A DNA stretch of 64,000 bases, taken from positions 4,030,001 to 4,094,000 of the forward strand of contig JAYWIR010000011.1 in NCBI GenBank assembly GCA_036172245.1, given 5' to 3'. The notes under the pieces were generated by a model, which ran no database searches, was not told the origin of the DNA, and saw only the letters and a program-made list of their open reading frames with translations. Made by a program: the position numbers and the translations under genes. This stretch comes from Raillietiella orientalis. Lineage: Eukaryota. Shown one piece after another: positions 53,090 to 64,000 of the stretch. The first letter of the stretch is position 1. Each line of letters begins with the position of its first letter.

Positions 53090-55450
53090 AATGATGACCC
53101 CAAATCGTGCTTGCATTGAGGTCAGACCGATCAAGAAGCCTCTCGCGCCATCAGACGAGGATCCTAGGGGAATCAGTGTGGGTCAGGACCAACTGAAGGG
53201 AAATGAACTTCGACCTGGAAGCGATGGAATAAGCATTCGGGTGGCAGGAAGACAATTGTCCTTAAGAGTGAAAGCCATGCAGAAATGCCAGGTCAAAGAT
53301 CACGCTATTCCACCATCTACGAACATACGAGGAAGGTCACCTGGAGCTTGCGCGTGGTGTCACGCAAAGATCTCCAATCACCAAGAGTTCCAGATCAAGG
53401 AATGACAACGTTCTGCAAGGGATAGCATCGTTCGTTGGGCCATTTTTCTTACTATTTGCGTCCAGTGTCCTATTCACTGTGATGTTCACTTTACACTGAG
53501 ACTGGTCATTTGAACTGAGTCCGCAATAGTTCATGGTTTTCCTGAAATTAGCTCATTGGCTTCCCCTTTTAAGATTGCTATGCTTTAATTGATTTCCTTT
53601 ATGTACGTGCATCACTGCGATGCATCCGCAAAAACCAAGCCGTGGGTCAGTCAGTAAAGTCTTCCTCTCAGGAATACGAGGAAAATAAGAATCGCATAAG
53701 AAAATTCGCTTCACGCATAAGTTTGAATTTGTGCAGACTTTTTGGCGATTCCAGCCCCCGTTTCGACTCGACACTTCCAAAAGGCCTTCAACCTATTCAG
53801 CTCAACCAAGAAAAAGTACGAGAACCAGGCCGTATTCGGTGGCAGGACACGGCACATGTTTCATTGCCTCCCCTGTCGTGACAGGTGGCAGAAACTATCG
53901 AAGAACTTTTTTTGGAAACTCCATGAACTCTGGCTCTCTCTCCTGTGTTTCCTCCGACAATCTGCAGCACTGCATGGCACCGCGTGGGAACCAGGTGGGA
54001 ACCGAGCCTGAGCGACGTGCTAGCGGCGAATGATGGCTGCCTCGACACGGTTATTTGCCAGCGCTAGGTGATCTCAGGGGCATGTAGATTGCAGCGAAAA
54101 CTTCGTGCAATCCGCACCCGAACCCTAGTTTTTCGTTTACAGGAGCCGCTGCGCCGATTTTCTACCATCGGAGTTCCTTTTATTGGAGCATGTTTACGGA
54201 AACAAGAAGCAGGAAAATCTGAAAGTCGTCATCAGGATGCCAACAGTTTAGATTTGTAGGGATTGCGATCTGCTGTAACGAGCAGCAGGTGTTTCGTGAG
54301 ACATAGAGATGCTCACTTCATATGTGTTGCACATTTTCAAGATCATTTTCCTCAATAACAGTGCCAAAACCCTAAAAGGATGTGTGGTGGATCTTGTGTT
54401 CTCATGCGCACTCTTCTGCAAGGAGGGATTGCAAACCACTGCGGCAGAAGTCCACACGACTTTGGCGCGGTACTTTTGAGACGTTGCCATCAACCAGACG
54501 TGGCTGGAGGACACCTGAGTGGAAAGATGGCTCCGGAACATCGAGATCTACCTTCCTGTACTCGATGGTGGTCAGACCTATGGTGATCACATCCAGAACG
54601 GTATGGATGACCGTCATGAAAGTGCAACGTGAGAGCAGAGTAACTGCTCCACGAAAGAGAATGCTCTCTCTCTATGAGAGTGGGAAGGAGAGACAATGCA
54701 AACGATGAAGACCAACAAAGCTGTTGCATCTCCTCCCTCTCCTCGGTACGTGCCCGCCAATCAGATTAGAAAGGTTTTGGTTTCCCATAGTCACACAGGG
54801 ATCTGTAGGGGACGGCCACACAGCTTTCCATTTCGAGAAAATAGGAATGCCAAGGATCTGGCCACGGTCATCCCTCTTACCGCAAGCCAAAGAAACATGG
54901 ATTCAGAGAAGAAAAACGCCAACCATCGGAGACTGCGAGAACTTCGCGACCGATGAGAACCCCTCATGAAATGCGGGTTATACGGTATAAGCGCCAGTTG
55001 CAAGGATGGGCGACGTACAAGTCCCGCGAATTCCGGCAGGACCTGGGGTCGCAGTGGATCAGAGCCAACCTCCGAGCTTTGGATGACCACATCGAGAAGA
55101 TCACCGCCGCAGAAGTCCTGGAACGATGTGTGCCAGGATTGCGCAACCAGCCTTGAACCCACACGTCATTGGGACAGTCCTCTGAAATGCCTCCAGAGAA
55201 CCAGGACTGTCCCCTGATGCTCTACTACGGAGGGATCCTGTGCGGCACAAGGATCCAGCATCGGACAGAGAACCCGGGCAACGGAGACTGCCCTGCATGC
55301 GGGGATCTGGAAAACGGCTTACATCTCTACACCTATAACCCCCCTTCCCCCTGCCACCCAGAATGGAGAGTGGTTAAGCAGGCGGTGAGATTACAAGTTC
55401 AGTCCGGAGTAGAGATTCTTCGAGTAGTCTTCCGAGGTCGGGGAATCGTC
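53090..55450 (+). mobile_element. Decayed non-LTR retrotransposon of a more distant family
   Basis: C-terminal LMLYYGGILCGTRIQH...DCPACGDLENGLHLY at 55.2-55.35 kb parallels the ORF2 tail. The upstream part is poorly recognisable and the left boundary is uncertain. Confidence 0.5.
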
Positions 55451-56415
55451 CCCCTATATAATTCCATTGGCCTTCTTCATAAGAAGCATCCTCATCGGGA
55501 GGACAAGGGTTCGAAGGGGTGCGCAGGATCTTCTCAAGAACGAGATAGACGTACGAGACTGCGGCAGGGTGCCAGCCGAACCATATGTGACACCCTGCAA
55601 AAGACCCAACAAGCCGAACAAGTAACACCTAGACCCAGAGACCAGGGCAAAGTGCCATGCTAGCCGATTCACCCCTTCCTCTCCCCCTGCATACAGAAAG
55701 ACAGATCTTTGCCTGGTGGAAAGGATACGGAAAGACCAAAGGACTATATCGTGAAACATGTGTTGGTGTTCACGAGATGAGTCTACACTTTTGCTGTCTG
55801 TTTGTAAACGTTAAAAGAAAAAATGAAATTTGTTCCACTGCAAGACAGACTGGAGAAAAGCCTTACGCTGGAGTTTGTTTCGGGTCATGGTGGATAAAAC
55901 TGCAGAATGGGGAAATTCTACTGCCTGTTACAACGGTGAAATGGAGTGATCTTAAACCTGCAAACCTCCCTATGCCTGAAGTATGGTCGATTCTATCGCC
56001 GACATCAGATGCATGATGTTTTTGGAAAGCAATATTCAAAATATGAAAATCCAAATAAGAGCTTTCAATACCTTGGATATTAAAAACTTATCCAAAAGCT
56101 TAATCCAAAAATGAAAATGCAGAACTAGAAATGAGAATACACCTCGCGTTATTTCGTACTCGTGTATGGCGTTAGTTAGCTCAATTCTCTAGTTGCTCCT
56201 GGTTCCGAAAAACGCAAAAGCCACTGTAATCAACCAGAATAATGAAACACACGTATGGTGCTTAGAAGCAGTCATAAGAGGTCATCGACAACCTCGTGCC
56301 ACAAAACGTGGATGATCATAATAGCCCTGGGGTATGCAGAAAGCACTGAATGGTGAGTGTGCACTAAGCACCACATAAAAATGATAAATAGAGGGAATTT
56401 ATCAGAAAAATCATC

Positions 56416-56847
56416 CTAGCAAGCAGTTTCATGGGCTACTTTCGCGAAGGCTGCTTCTCCACACTTCCGGCATCTTTGTTTACAGGAAAGCACTGCATGT
56501 TTACGCTCACCGGGTCATCTGAGGAGGAAGCGTCTCACGGTTGGGATGTTTCGAGTGGTAGGGCACATTCTGTTTCCTGAGGAATTCCAAGTAGTTTTTG
56601 CTGATCCCTTTTCGTGAATCGAGATAATTGGATGCGAATCGAATCGCCCTGAGTAGGGGCTCATCGACCATTGTGGAGAAACACTTTTGACGTGAATACG
56701 TAATTTCGTTTTCATGCTCACGAACGCTGTTGGTGGCGTTTCGGCACAAAAAGTTTCATTATGAATAGAATCGGGCAAACAGAAAACATGAATTTTGGCC
56801 ATAGGTCCAAACACGATGGAAGAATGTTCTTCTTCCTCCCTGTCCAT
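56416..56847 (-). CDS. Uncharacterised ~118-aa protein with a C-terminal C-x2-C-x9-H-x3-C motif. Exons 56847-56722, 56683-56511, 56473-56416
   Basis: ATG at 56847. Two GTGAG...AAG introns (38 and 37 nt) join three frames in phase. Ends RCRKCGEAAFAKVAHETAC-TAG. No family recognised. Confidence 0.65.
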
Positions 56848-56991
56848 CCCGTAAAATGTTAAGGGGTTATGCACTGCTAATCAATAATTACGATACGTGG
56901 CGCCCTTTCGGTTGCATTGAAGAAGCAACTGCAATTGGTCTCCTTTCAACAGACTGAAAGCCATTGTGCACACGCAGAGAACTGCTCACTT
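56848..56991. promoter_or_regulatory. Candidate bidirectional promoter
   Basis: Only 144 bp lie between divergent ATGs at 56847 (-) and 56992 (+). Depends on the orphan gene model being real. Confidence 0.5.
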
Positions 56992-58570
56992 ATGTTTGAG
57001 GATCAGTATTTTGATATAATTGGTTTTAACAGTTGTGTCTGGAATAAGTGAGTATAGTTTGATTTTCAAATTCCTTCTTTTTCTTCTCTCCACTGCAGTG
57101 AAAAATCCAATCCCGACAAAAGTGTACAAACTGAAGAAATCATTGTTGCAAACACTTTCACTCAGACCAGACCAGAGGAAACTATTTCTGTAAGTTCGGA
57201 CATGGACAGTTAACATGCGTTTTCTAAGATGCAAACCATGATCCCCAGGTACGCAAACAAAGTGGACTATTCCAGTTTGCATACGTTCTTACAAAAAGTG
57301 TATCCAACAGTATCCAAAACACTTAAATCCACTGATGCATTCCATTTCAACACAACTCCCCTTTTCAAAAAGACAGGACTGGAATTGGTACATGAGCTAT
57401 CTGCAGATATACCAGAAGGTTTTCCTGTGAGTTTCTGTTCTGAGTTGCTTGAAATTTATGCGTTTATGAGTCAGTTGGTGATTTCCTGTATGTCTTGGAG
57501 CCACTGTGGCAATTTTTTGGTAGCAGGATACAGTGCATGCAAGCATGAACCATGGTGTAGCCACCAAGGAATGTTTGTTTGCTGGAATCTGCCTAGGTAT
57601 AAAAATCAATATGCTTGTACACGTGATATAAGGTTTATCTCAGTTCTGAAAAGTCTTGCAGAACAATCGATTTATCTTCATGTGTTTCCCAACTTGCATT
57701 TCATCCACTTCAACATGAGCTTCTAGCAATTGGCCATGTTTCAGGAGAAGTAAAAGCAAAGTATTTGCGCTCATATATTCCAGAAAAAATAAAGGTGGCT
57801 GTGTGGCTTGTTAACCATGAAGAAATAAAAAAACTACACCTTATCTGGGGTCATGAAGAAAGTGTCACCAGCTTACAGTGGACTGTGAGGCAGGAAAAGA
57901 CTTTACTGCTATCAGCAGCATTAGATGGCAACATACTGATTTGGAAATTGCAGGAGAATCAATTGAACAAACATCAAAAGTAAGACATATTATGTAAAAA
58001 TAATATGATGTAAGGATGATCAGACTGCAAGTGAGCTGGCAAGGAATAGACATGGGCGTACAATTCCTTAGTTTGCATCCTCTTGGAGGTGATTATTGTG
58101 CAGTTGGGACAGATACTGGACGTGTCTTGCTGGGCCTCTTGCTTCTGGATACCTGTACCGTGACCCAAGAATTGGATTCTCAGTTTTCAGAAATTCTGCT
58201 TGCAAATTTTGATGAGCATGAATGCATAATCACTGTTAGCTGTGATGGAAAACTACAAATGCACAATTCACAAAGACACTGCATCATCTTAAGACATTTG
58301 TTATCATGTGCAACTTCAGTACCACAGAAACCACATCTCCTGCTTACTGGAAATAGCTCTGGAATTATACAATTACATGATCTAGATCATCAGCAATCTA
58401 CAGATCTCTTTGTGTGTCCATCTTCAATTACTAGTCTTACATACAGTTCAAAGGAGTGAGTAGCAATACCAAATAGTTGTCTCACAAAGATTGTTAGTTC
58501 TCAAATTTTAGCTGTTAGCCAGAAAACTGGCAAGGTGTTAATTTGCAGACTTCATCACCATGGTTTTTGA
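56992..58570 (+). CDS. WDR34: WD repeat protein 34 / dynein-2 intermediate chain 2-like. Exons 56992-57047, 57099-57189, 57229-57426, 57475-57596, 57644-57749, 57795-57979, 58024-58455, 58498-58570
   Basis: MFEDQ start. QT light-chain-binding-type repeats (SVQTE, FTQT, MQT). VDYSSLHTFLQKV. SWSHCGNFLVAGY...HEPWCSH...CWNL. LAFHP...LAIGHVSGEVAVW. GHEESVTSLQW...LLSAALDGNILIW. Seven short GT-AG introns in phase. Confidence 0.88.
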
Positions 58571-59608
58571 CAACCAACAGTGATAGACTTTGCTCTACTG
58601 ATCTTAAGTGATCTTCCAACCTTTCTAATTTTTGTATGCACTGCTGCTGTTTTTCTTCCAATTCTTGGATGCGCTTATTCAGGCGCAACTCAAATCCCAG
58701 CAGTAAGCCAGCAAAATTTCTATCAAAGTTATTTTGCATAGTCACATCCTTCTGGTTTGAAGATATCACTCCAATCCTCAGTTTATAGATCCAAAAGGCA
58801 TCCATAGATTTGCAGCCCTTCAACTTTAGAAAGTTTGTAAACATTCTATGAAAAAGCTCACCTGAATGCTACATTTGGATAATGGTTGTGGCAGCAAGAC
58901 AACTGCAAGATAAACTGTCATTCCTTCAAATTCATCAAAGAATTCTGCATGTGAAGTAAACAAATATTCATGTTCTACACCAAAAACCTCTACAAATCTG
59001 GCCTAATAAATAAACAACACTGGAGCACAGACACAAGGCAGTCTTAAAAACTGTAAACATTATTAGAGGAAACACACTAGTATGAAAAGCATGAAAAAAA
59101 TATTTAGGAAATCACATGACTTCATATTTATGGATATTTTCCTGGTCAAATGTATGCACATGCACATTTATATACATAATTTTACTGCCACACAATGCTG
59201 AAAACTACATTCATAACCTTTTCATTGAAACAGCACAGCTTTTTCATAGAAGCTGCAATAACATGAAAGCACTCATGCTTTATATTGTTAAAAACAAGCA
59301 CAAGCTAAACTTACTTCTGAAGCAATACAAATAAACCGTACATATGCCGACTCTTTTGACTGGATGTTCAGCTGGAATGATCCATGCTGTAGAAGAGTGG
59401 TAGAGACATACATGCAATTCGTTGAATTCACATCATTCATCAATTTCTTTTTCTCCGACTCTGCAGAAATGGGTAAATCCCCAACGCAAACGACGTCGTA
59501 CATGTTATTTACGTCGGCATTATTTACTTTCCACATAGGATCCATTGAGATGGTCACATTTTCGGTGTGTTTTGCTTCATGTGTCATTTTAACTAAACTT
59601 TGATTCAT
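58515..59608 (-). CDS. PAAT: PAAT / C10orf88-like protein. Exons 59608-59315, 59002-58862, 58823-58515
   Basis: Spliced motif ICIASE|ARFVEVFGVEHEYLFTSHAEFFDEFEGMTVY resembles the C10orf88 'SEARxxEVY...EY' core as I recall it. C-terminal coiled coil FELRLNKRIQELEEKQQQCIQKLERLE. Phases are consistent. Confidence 0.7.
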
Positions 59609-60990
59609 TTAATACTGCAAAAAGTGTGCTATGAAATTCTGGCGACTTATTGATTATTCTTTTTTTTCCCGTATGTTATATATTTCCGTAAATTATAAGC
59701 CAAATATGGTACATCTTTTATTCCAATCTAACAGTAAAGCTTTTTTTTTTTTTTTGAATCTACGGGAAAAAAATACATATTTACACGCAAAAGTGTTTTC
59801 TAAAACTCCTAGATTAATCGTGTTCATCAACTTTTTCAACTTTGTGATCTGGCATGGCTGATACGAAAATGTTGCATTTTTAGTGAAAACTGGGGCACAT
59901 TTTATGGTATAATCAGTGGCATCGACAAACTTATTCAATCAATTTCCCGATTATCTTATTTCATGATATCAGGTAACACTTCACTCAACATTCTGGTTTG
60001 TGGTAAACACGCAAACATAACGTGCAACCGAAAATCTGGCATTAGGCTTCCACTGGTTCTACTGAGTACTGCAGAGAACTTTTCAAAAAGGTTGCCATAC
60101 TAATCAGAGTAAAAATAATGATACGAAAAGCTAAAAACTTTCGAATGGTAAACAGTTGAAATACAGCTCAGTGTAGTGAATTGTGCAAGAGAAGATGAGA
60201 AAAAACGGGGATTCCTTTGAGCTTAGCAGAGTTGAAAAATGAAGAAAAATAATAAAACTTTTTCGAATTTTCCTAACATTTCAGTCATTTTCAGATGACT
60301 TCTTGGTTGCCATGTGAATAAGTATGAATAAATTTAAACGCTGAACATTAGAAATCAAGAAGTCCATGATGCATGTAGAACAATTAGAATAACATAAAGT
60401 GCATCGTGAAGGGCAATGTCGTGTTATGCCAAATCTTGCAAACAGTGTAATCTGATATTCCAAACAAACTGCATACATTGTATAACTATCTAATGCATGA
60501 TTTTATTAGTCATTACTGTTTATTTTCAGCAGGGATATTTCAATCATAGCTGTAAGTTTCACTGCTCCATTAGTTTTGAAAACAGTGACTTGAATCAAGA
60601 TCTCGAGTATCATTTGCAAGGTTAGCAGAAAAGTATTCGATTCTCCTTGGATCCAAGAAATAGAAAATATTTTATACTGGAAGAAATTATTGCGTCTAAA
60701 AATATTCCGGAAGATGTAAAATGTCAAAGATAGCAAAAATGGTAATTTGACAAATATTATGGAATACAATGTACATACAATTGCATATATATTTCTTTTT
60801 CAGAAAGATACATGTCGAAAGCAGTTCTTAATAAAAAAAAAAATGAAGTCCTAGGAGTTTGAAGAAGCAATCTTATACTGCTGGAATCGTAAGAATTATG
60901 CAAGTTTACCAATGCCTTGCAAACCACATAAGAAACAGCGCCCTGTGCTGACCACAAGAGGCGTTACTTCTATGAAGTAGTTACTATGAA

Positions 60991-62370
60991 GTTTTCACCC
61001 GGTCACGCCGGAGAGTTTATTTTAGAAAAATAAGCCCGAAGACAAAGGAAGCTCAAGAAGGGGGAGGGGAGGGGGAAGGTCAACAGACATACAGCTCTGG
61101 ATATCCAAAAGTTCGGAACGGGGGAAGGGAAGGGGAACAACAAAAAAAAAGAAGATCCAGTTGGGGCAGGGATCCTTGAATTCTCTCCGCATGCACGGGA
61201 CGAAAACAAAAAAACCGGGGAAGTTGCGAAGAGAAGCGAGTGGGAAATGAGAGGAAAATAAAATGAAAAATAAAATAAAATAAAATAGAAGGAGGTTAGA
61301 GACAAGGGTCATCGGTATCCGCCGTTCCTTCATTTTAAAACCGGCGCTGGATGCCGGCTATTTCCTTTTTTCTGACCCGCATCTGGCACAGTTCGGGGAT
61401 GCAACCACTGCGGAAACAAGGGTGCCGGCGCTCATTGCACCGGAATTCCCAGTGGAATTAACAGCACGGCCTGCTTCCAGGAGAGGGGGAACACTGAAGT
61501 CTCCAGACAATGGGGAAGGACTACAGATTCTTCGGAGGCAACACTCAAAAGTTCGCTCCATCGAAGGAGTCCCTTCGCTACGGGACGCAGAGTGGTGGCA
61601 TCCACCTACTCGCGCGTATTCCAGTCGCCAAGGAGTTTGTCCTTCCCTCGATGGTCCGGGAAAACTCCCACCTTGCCGGTAGGCTATTGTTGTCGCGGTT
61701 GCTCTGAGGGAAAACAGCGCTGCGGCAAGGGGTGTGGCGTCCAGGATCGACCACTTCACCACGCCCTGCATCACCACTTCCAGAGCCGAGGCAGCAGATG
61801 TCGTAGGGAGCGAAGATCTCGAGGGCATTTCCTGGGATGCAGCCCGGGACTCAACAGCCTCCTGCCTCCAGGCATTGTAGTTCATTGGGCGGCGGGAGAT
61901 CCACTTTGGGGCTCCTACTAGGGAAGGCGAGTTGCCTCAGGGGGAAGGCGAGTCCCCTCATCCTGTAACGATTGCTCGGCAGCAACGGGAGCAGTCCTTC
62001 GCTGCCAGCACATCTCCGCAGGATGATGCGTCTGGTGCACACAACGGAAAAGTCCACAGTTTGGCACAGAGCACCGTCATTCGGAACTGAACCTGTAGCC
62101 CGATCTCTCCAACGTCCGAATGCCTAAGGCAGCATCTCGATGCAGACTGCCAATTCTTTCAGGCGGATCCTTAGCCTCGCAGGTCCGCCCTATACGCGAG
62201 AGCAACACAGAGGGGGACTTTGCGCAGCGTTTGCTGCCAGAGGGCGCTCCCGCATTAAGGGAGGAGGACAGATTGAACCTGAAGCAGCCTTTCTCGATGG
62301 CAAGGATACCTCTGCCATCGGAAAGCTGAAAAAGCGCAAGGCACCAGGGGAAGAAGGTCTGCCCGCGGAG
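60991..62370 (-). mobile_element. 5'-truncated L1/Tx1-clade retrotransposon (post-RT region to 3' end), decayed
   Basis: LRRCAGSEGLLPLLPSNRYRMRGLAFPLRQL is nearly the same as the 43.1-43.25 kb peptide. SPNCARCG. 3'-terminal motif at 60991-61099. Confidence 0.85.
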
Positions 62371-64000
62371 TGCTGCACTTTGCTAATTGCTCCTAGTTTT
62401 GTTCTTCATCCTCACCAAATGCTTTGTTTAGCCTTCTGAAGTGCCATCATGCACGTGTTAATTTTACTGCTTTGTGTGACTGTCTAATAGACAGTCACTT
62501 CATGATAAAAAAGTCACAAAATCTAAATGTATTAATTTCATGTTGTCGGAGTGCTCTAAACTGGCTAGAATCGCCTAACCTTTAAAAAAGATAGGCAAAG
62601 CTCTGTGCTGAAATCGGAATTTTTTTTAAATGCCTACCCTCCATTCCTCAAAAGCTGAAAGTGCTGTTTACGTGCTGTTGAATACTGACAGTCTTCCTCT
62701 CTGGAGAAAATTGATCCACCCTTCTTCGAAGCACGAGAATGAGCAAGAAAGCACATCGTAATTTGGTATTCGACGATTGCGGATATTGCTTTCCATAACA
62801 GTTTTTCTTCGAATATTTTATTTAAGGATATTATATGTAAGATATCAGTATTGCATGTATGCATGATGCCATAGTGGGTCTTTCTAATGGTAAGTTATTA
62901 TGATTTATACATTGCAAAATAGGTACTTTTTATAGTAAGTGTAAGAAACATTCTGTGAGGAGCCAAGTACACAATCCGAATATTTGTATTCAAAGTGGTG
63001 TTGAATATTTATCTTTGTTTCCTTCATTAGAGAGGGGGACCAGTCAATCAAATAAAGTCCATTTAGAAACTGTTGGATTTATGCGGTCCTTTGAAGATTT
63101 TAGAATTTAGATTCATGAGTTCTGAAATGAAGGATGGGGTCTCTGGTATTAGTTCGAGTATATGTATTCACATAAAATGTGCTTCATTAAAATGAAATTT
63201 GGTAGTGCATTGCAACTAGCGGAAACAATTGCTTGTATTCTAGGTGATTCAATCTCGATGAAAGGAACAGGGGTAGGAGAACGTTAGCTTTTTAGACATC
63301 AGTGATATTTAGTTGCACTTTGCACCTGAAAGCATTTCTTGATTGTAATAAATTGTTGAATCTAACGAGGGTCAGGAGCGAAAACCTAATTTAATCAATG
63401 ATGACTCAAGAAATGAAAAATTAGCAAAATGTTGATAAATTTCCAGAAGCCTCGATCGTAAATTCAGTGTCTGAATATCCAGTAATGCGATTCTGAGCTA
63501 TTCCGAACAAGATAATTTGATAATGCATTATGAAATTTGAAAATAGCTTCGTACAAGACCATAATATAATGAGCCAACATTAACCATAAATATCCTTTGT
63601 TCCTTTTGCATTGTTTGCATGGATTTGACGGTTCTAGTTATTTATCCCTAATAGAGATTAGGTTTAGGAAAATGAAGGGTGTTAGGAATATACAAATGCT
63701 CATAAACATTTACCTATTGCAACGGAACAAGATGTTTTATTTACTAAATTTTTTGCATCTCTGCCTATGAGGAATGAATCTGTTATGTTGACTGAAGACT
63801 CCAAGTAATTTAGTTTTATTTTATCATGCCATTGTAGAGCTCTACAGTATAATTTTGACTGCCCTGCTGTGGCATATTTGCTACCACAGCATGAGAATCC
63901 AATTTATTTGATAGCTCTAACGCGAGGAGTTTTATTTTATTTCGTGTCTTGGTAAACATGAGAAATGTTGCTTGCGGTATTGTCTGTTGTGATGTGTTTG

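Noticed and set aside
41340..62140. Three LINE copies apparently 5'-truncated at the same GGLG motif
   Set aside because: Homology continues upstream to different extents (e.g. GGPARLRIRLKEL beyond 62140), so a shared breakpoint is not supported.
62400..64000. Possible gene at the right end of the window
   Set aside because: AT-rich with only short ORFs; I could not build a consistent spliced model or recognise a motif.

Overview
Eukaryotic DNA from an invertebrate animal (probably an arthropod; inferred) with a compact-intron gene style. Six spliced genes can be modelled by hand: the 3' end of an SLC10 sodium/bile-acid cotransporter-like gene (+, 2-2442); a divergent SLC4 band-3-type anion exchanger (+, ~16030-26140); NKRF (-, 34253-30514); and a tight trio of an orphan C2HC-zinc-finger gene (-, 56847-56416), WDR34/DYNC2I2 (+, 56992-58570) and a PAAT/C10orf88-like gene (-, 59608-58515). 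The last two overlap in coding sequence. Between NKRF and the trio lies a ~20-kb nest of decayed L1/Tx1-clade non-LTR retrotransposon fragments on both strands. The most notable signal is that six divergent copies end in the same bipartite, covarying stem-loop / AATAAA / stem-loop structure with no poly(A) tail. They are mixed with a ~750-bp GC-rich dispersed repeat whose head has tRNA-like spacing. All gene models and family assignments were read by eye; no searches were run.
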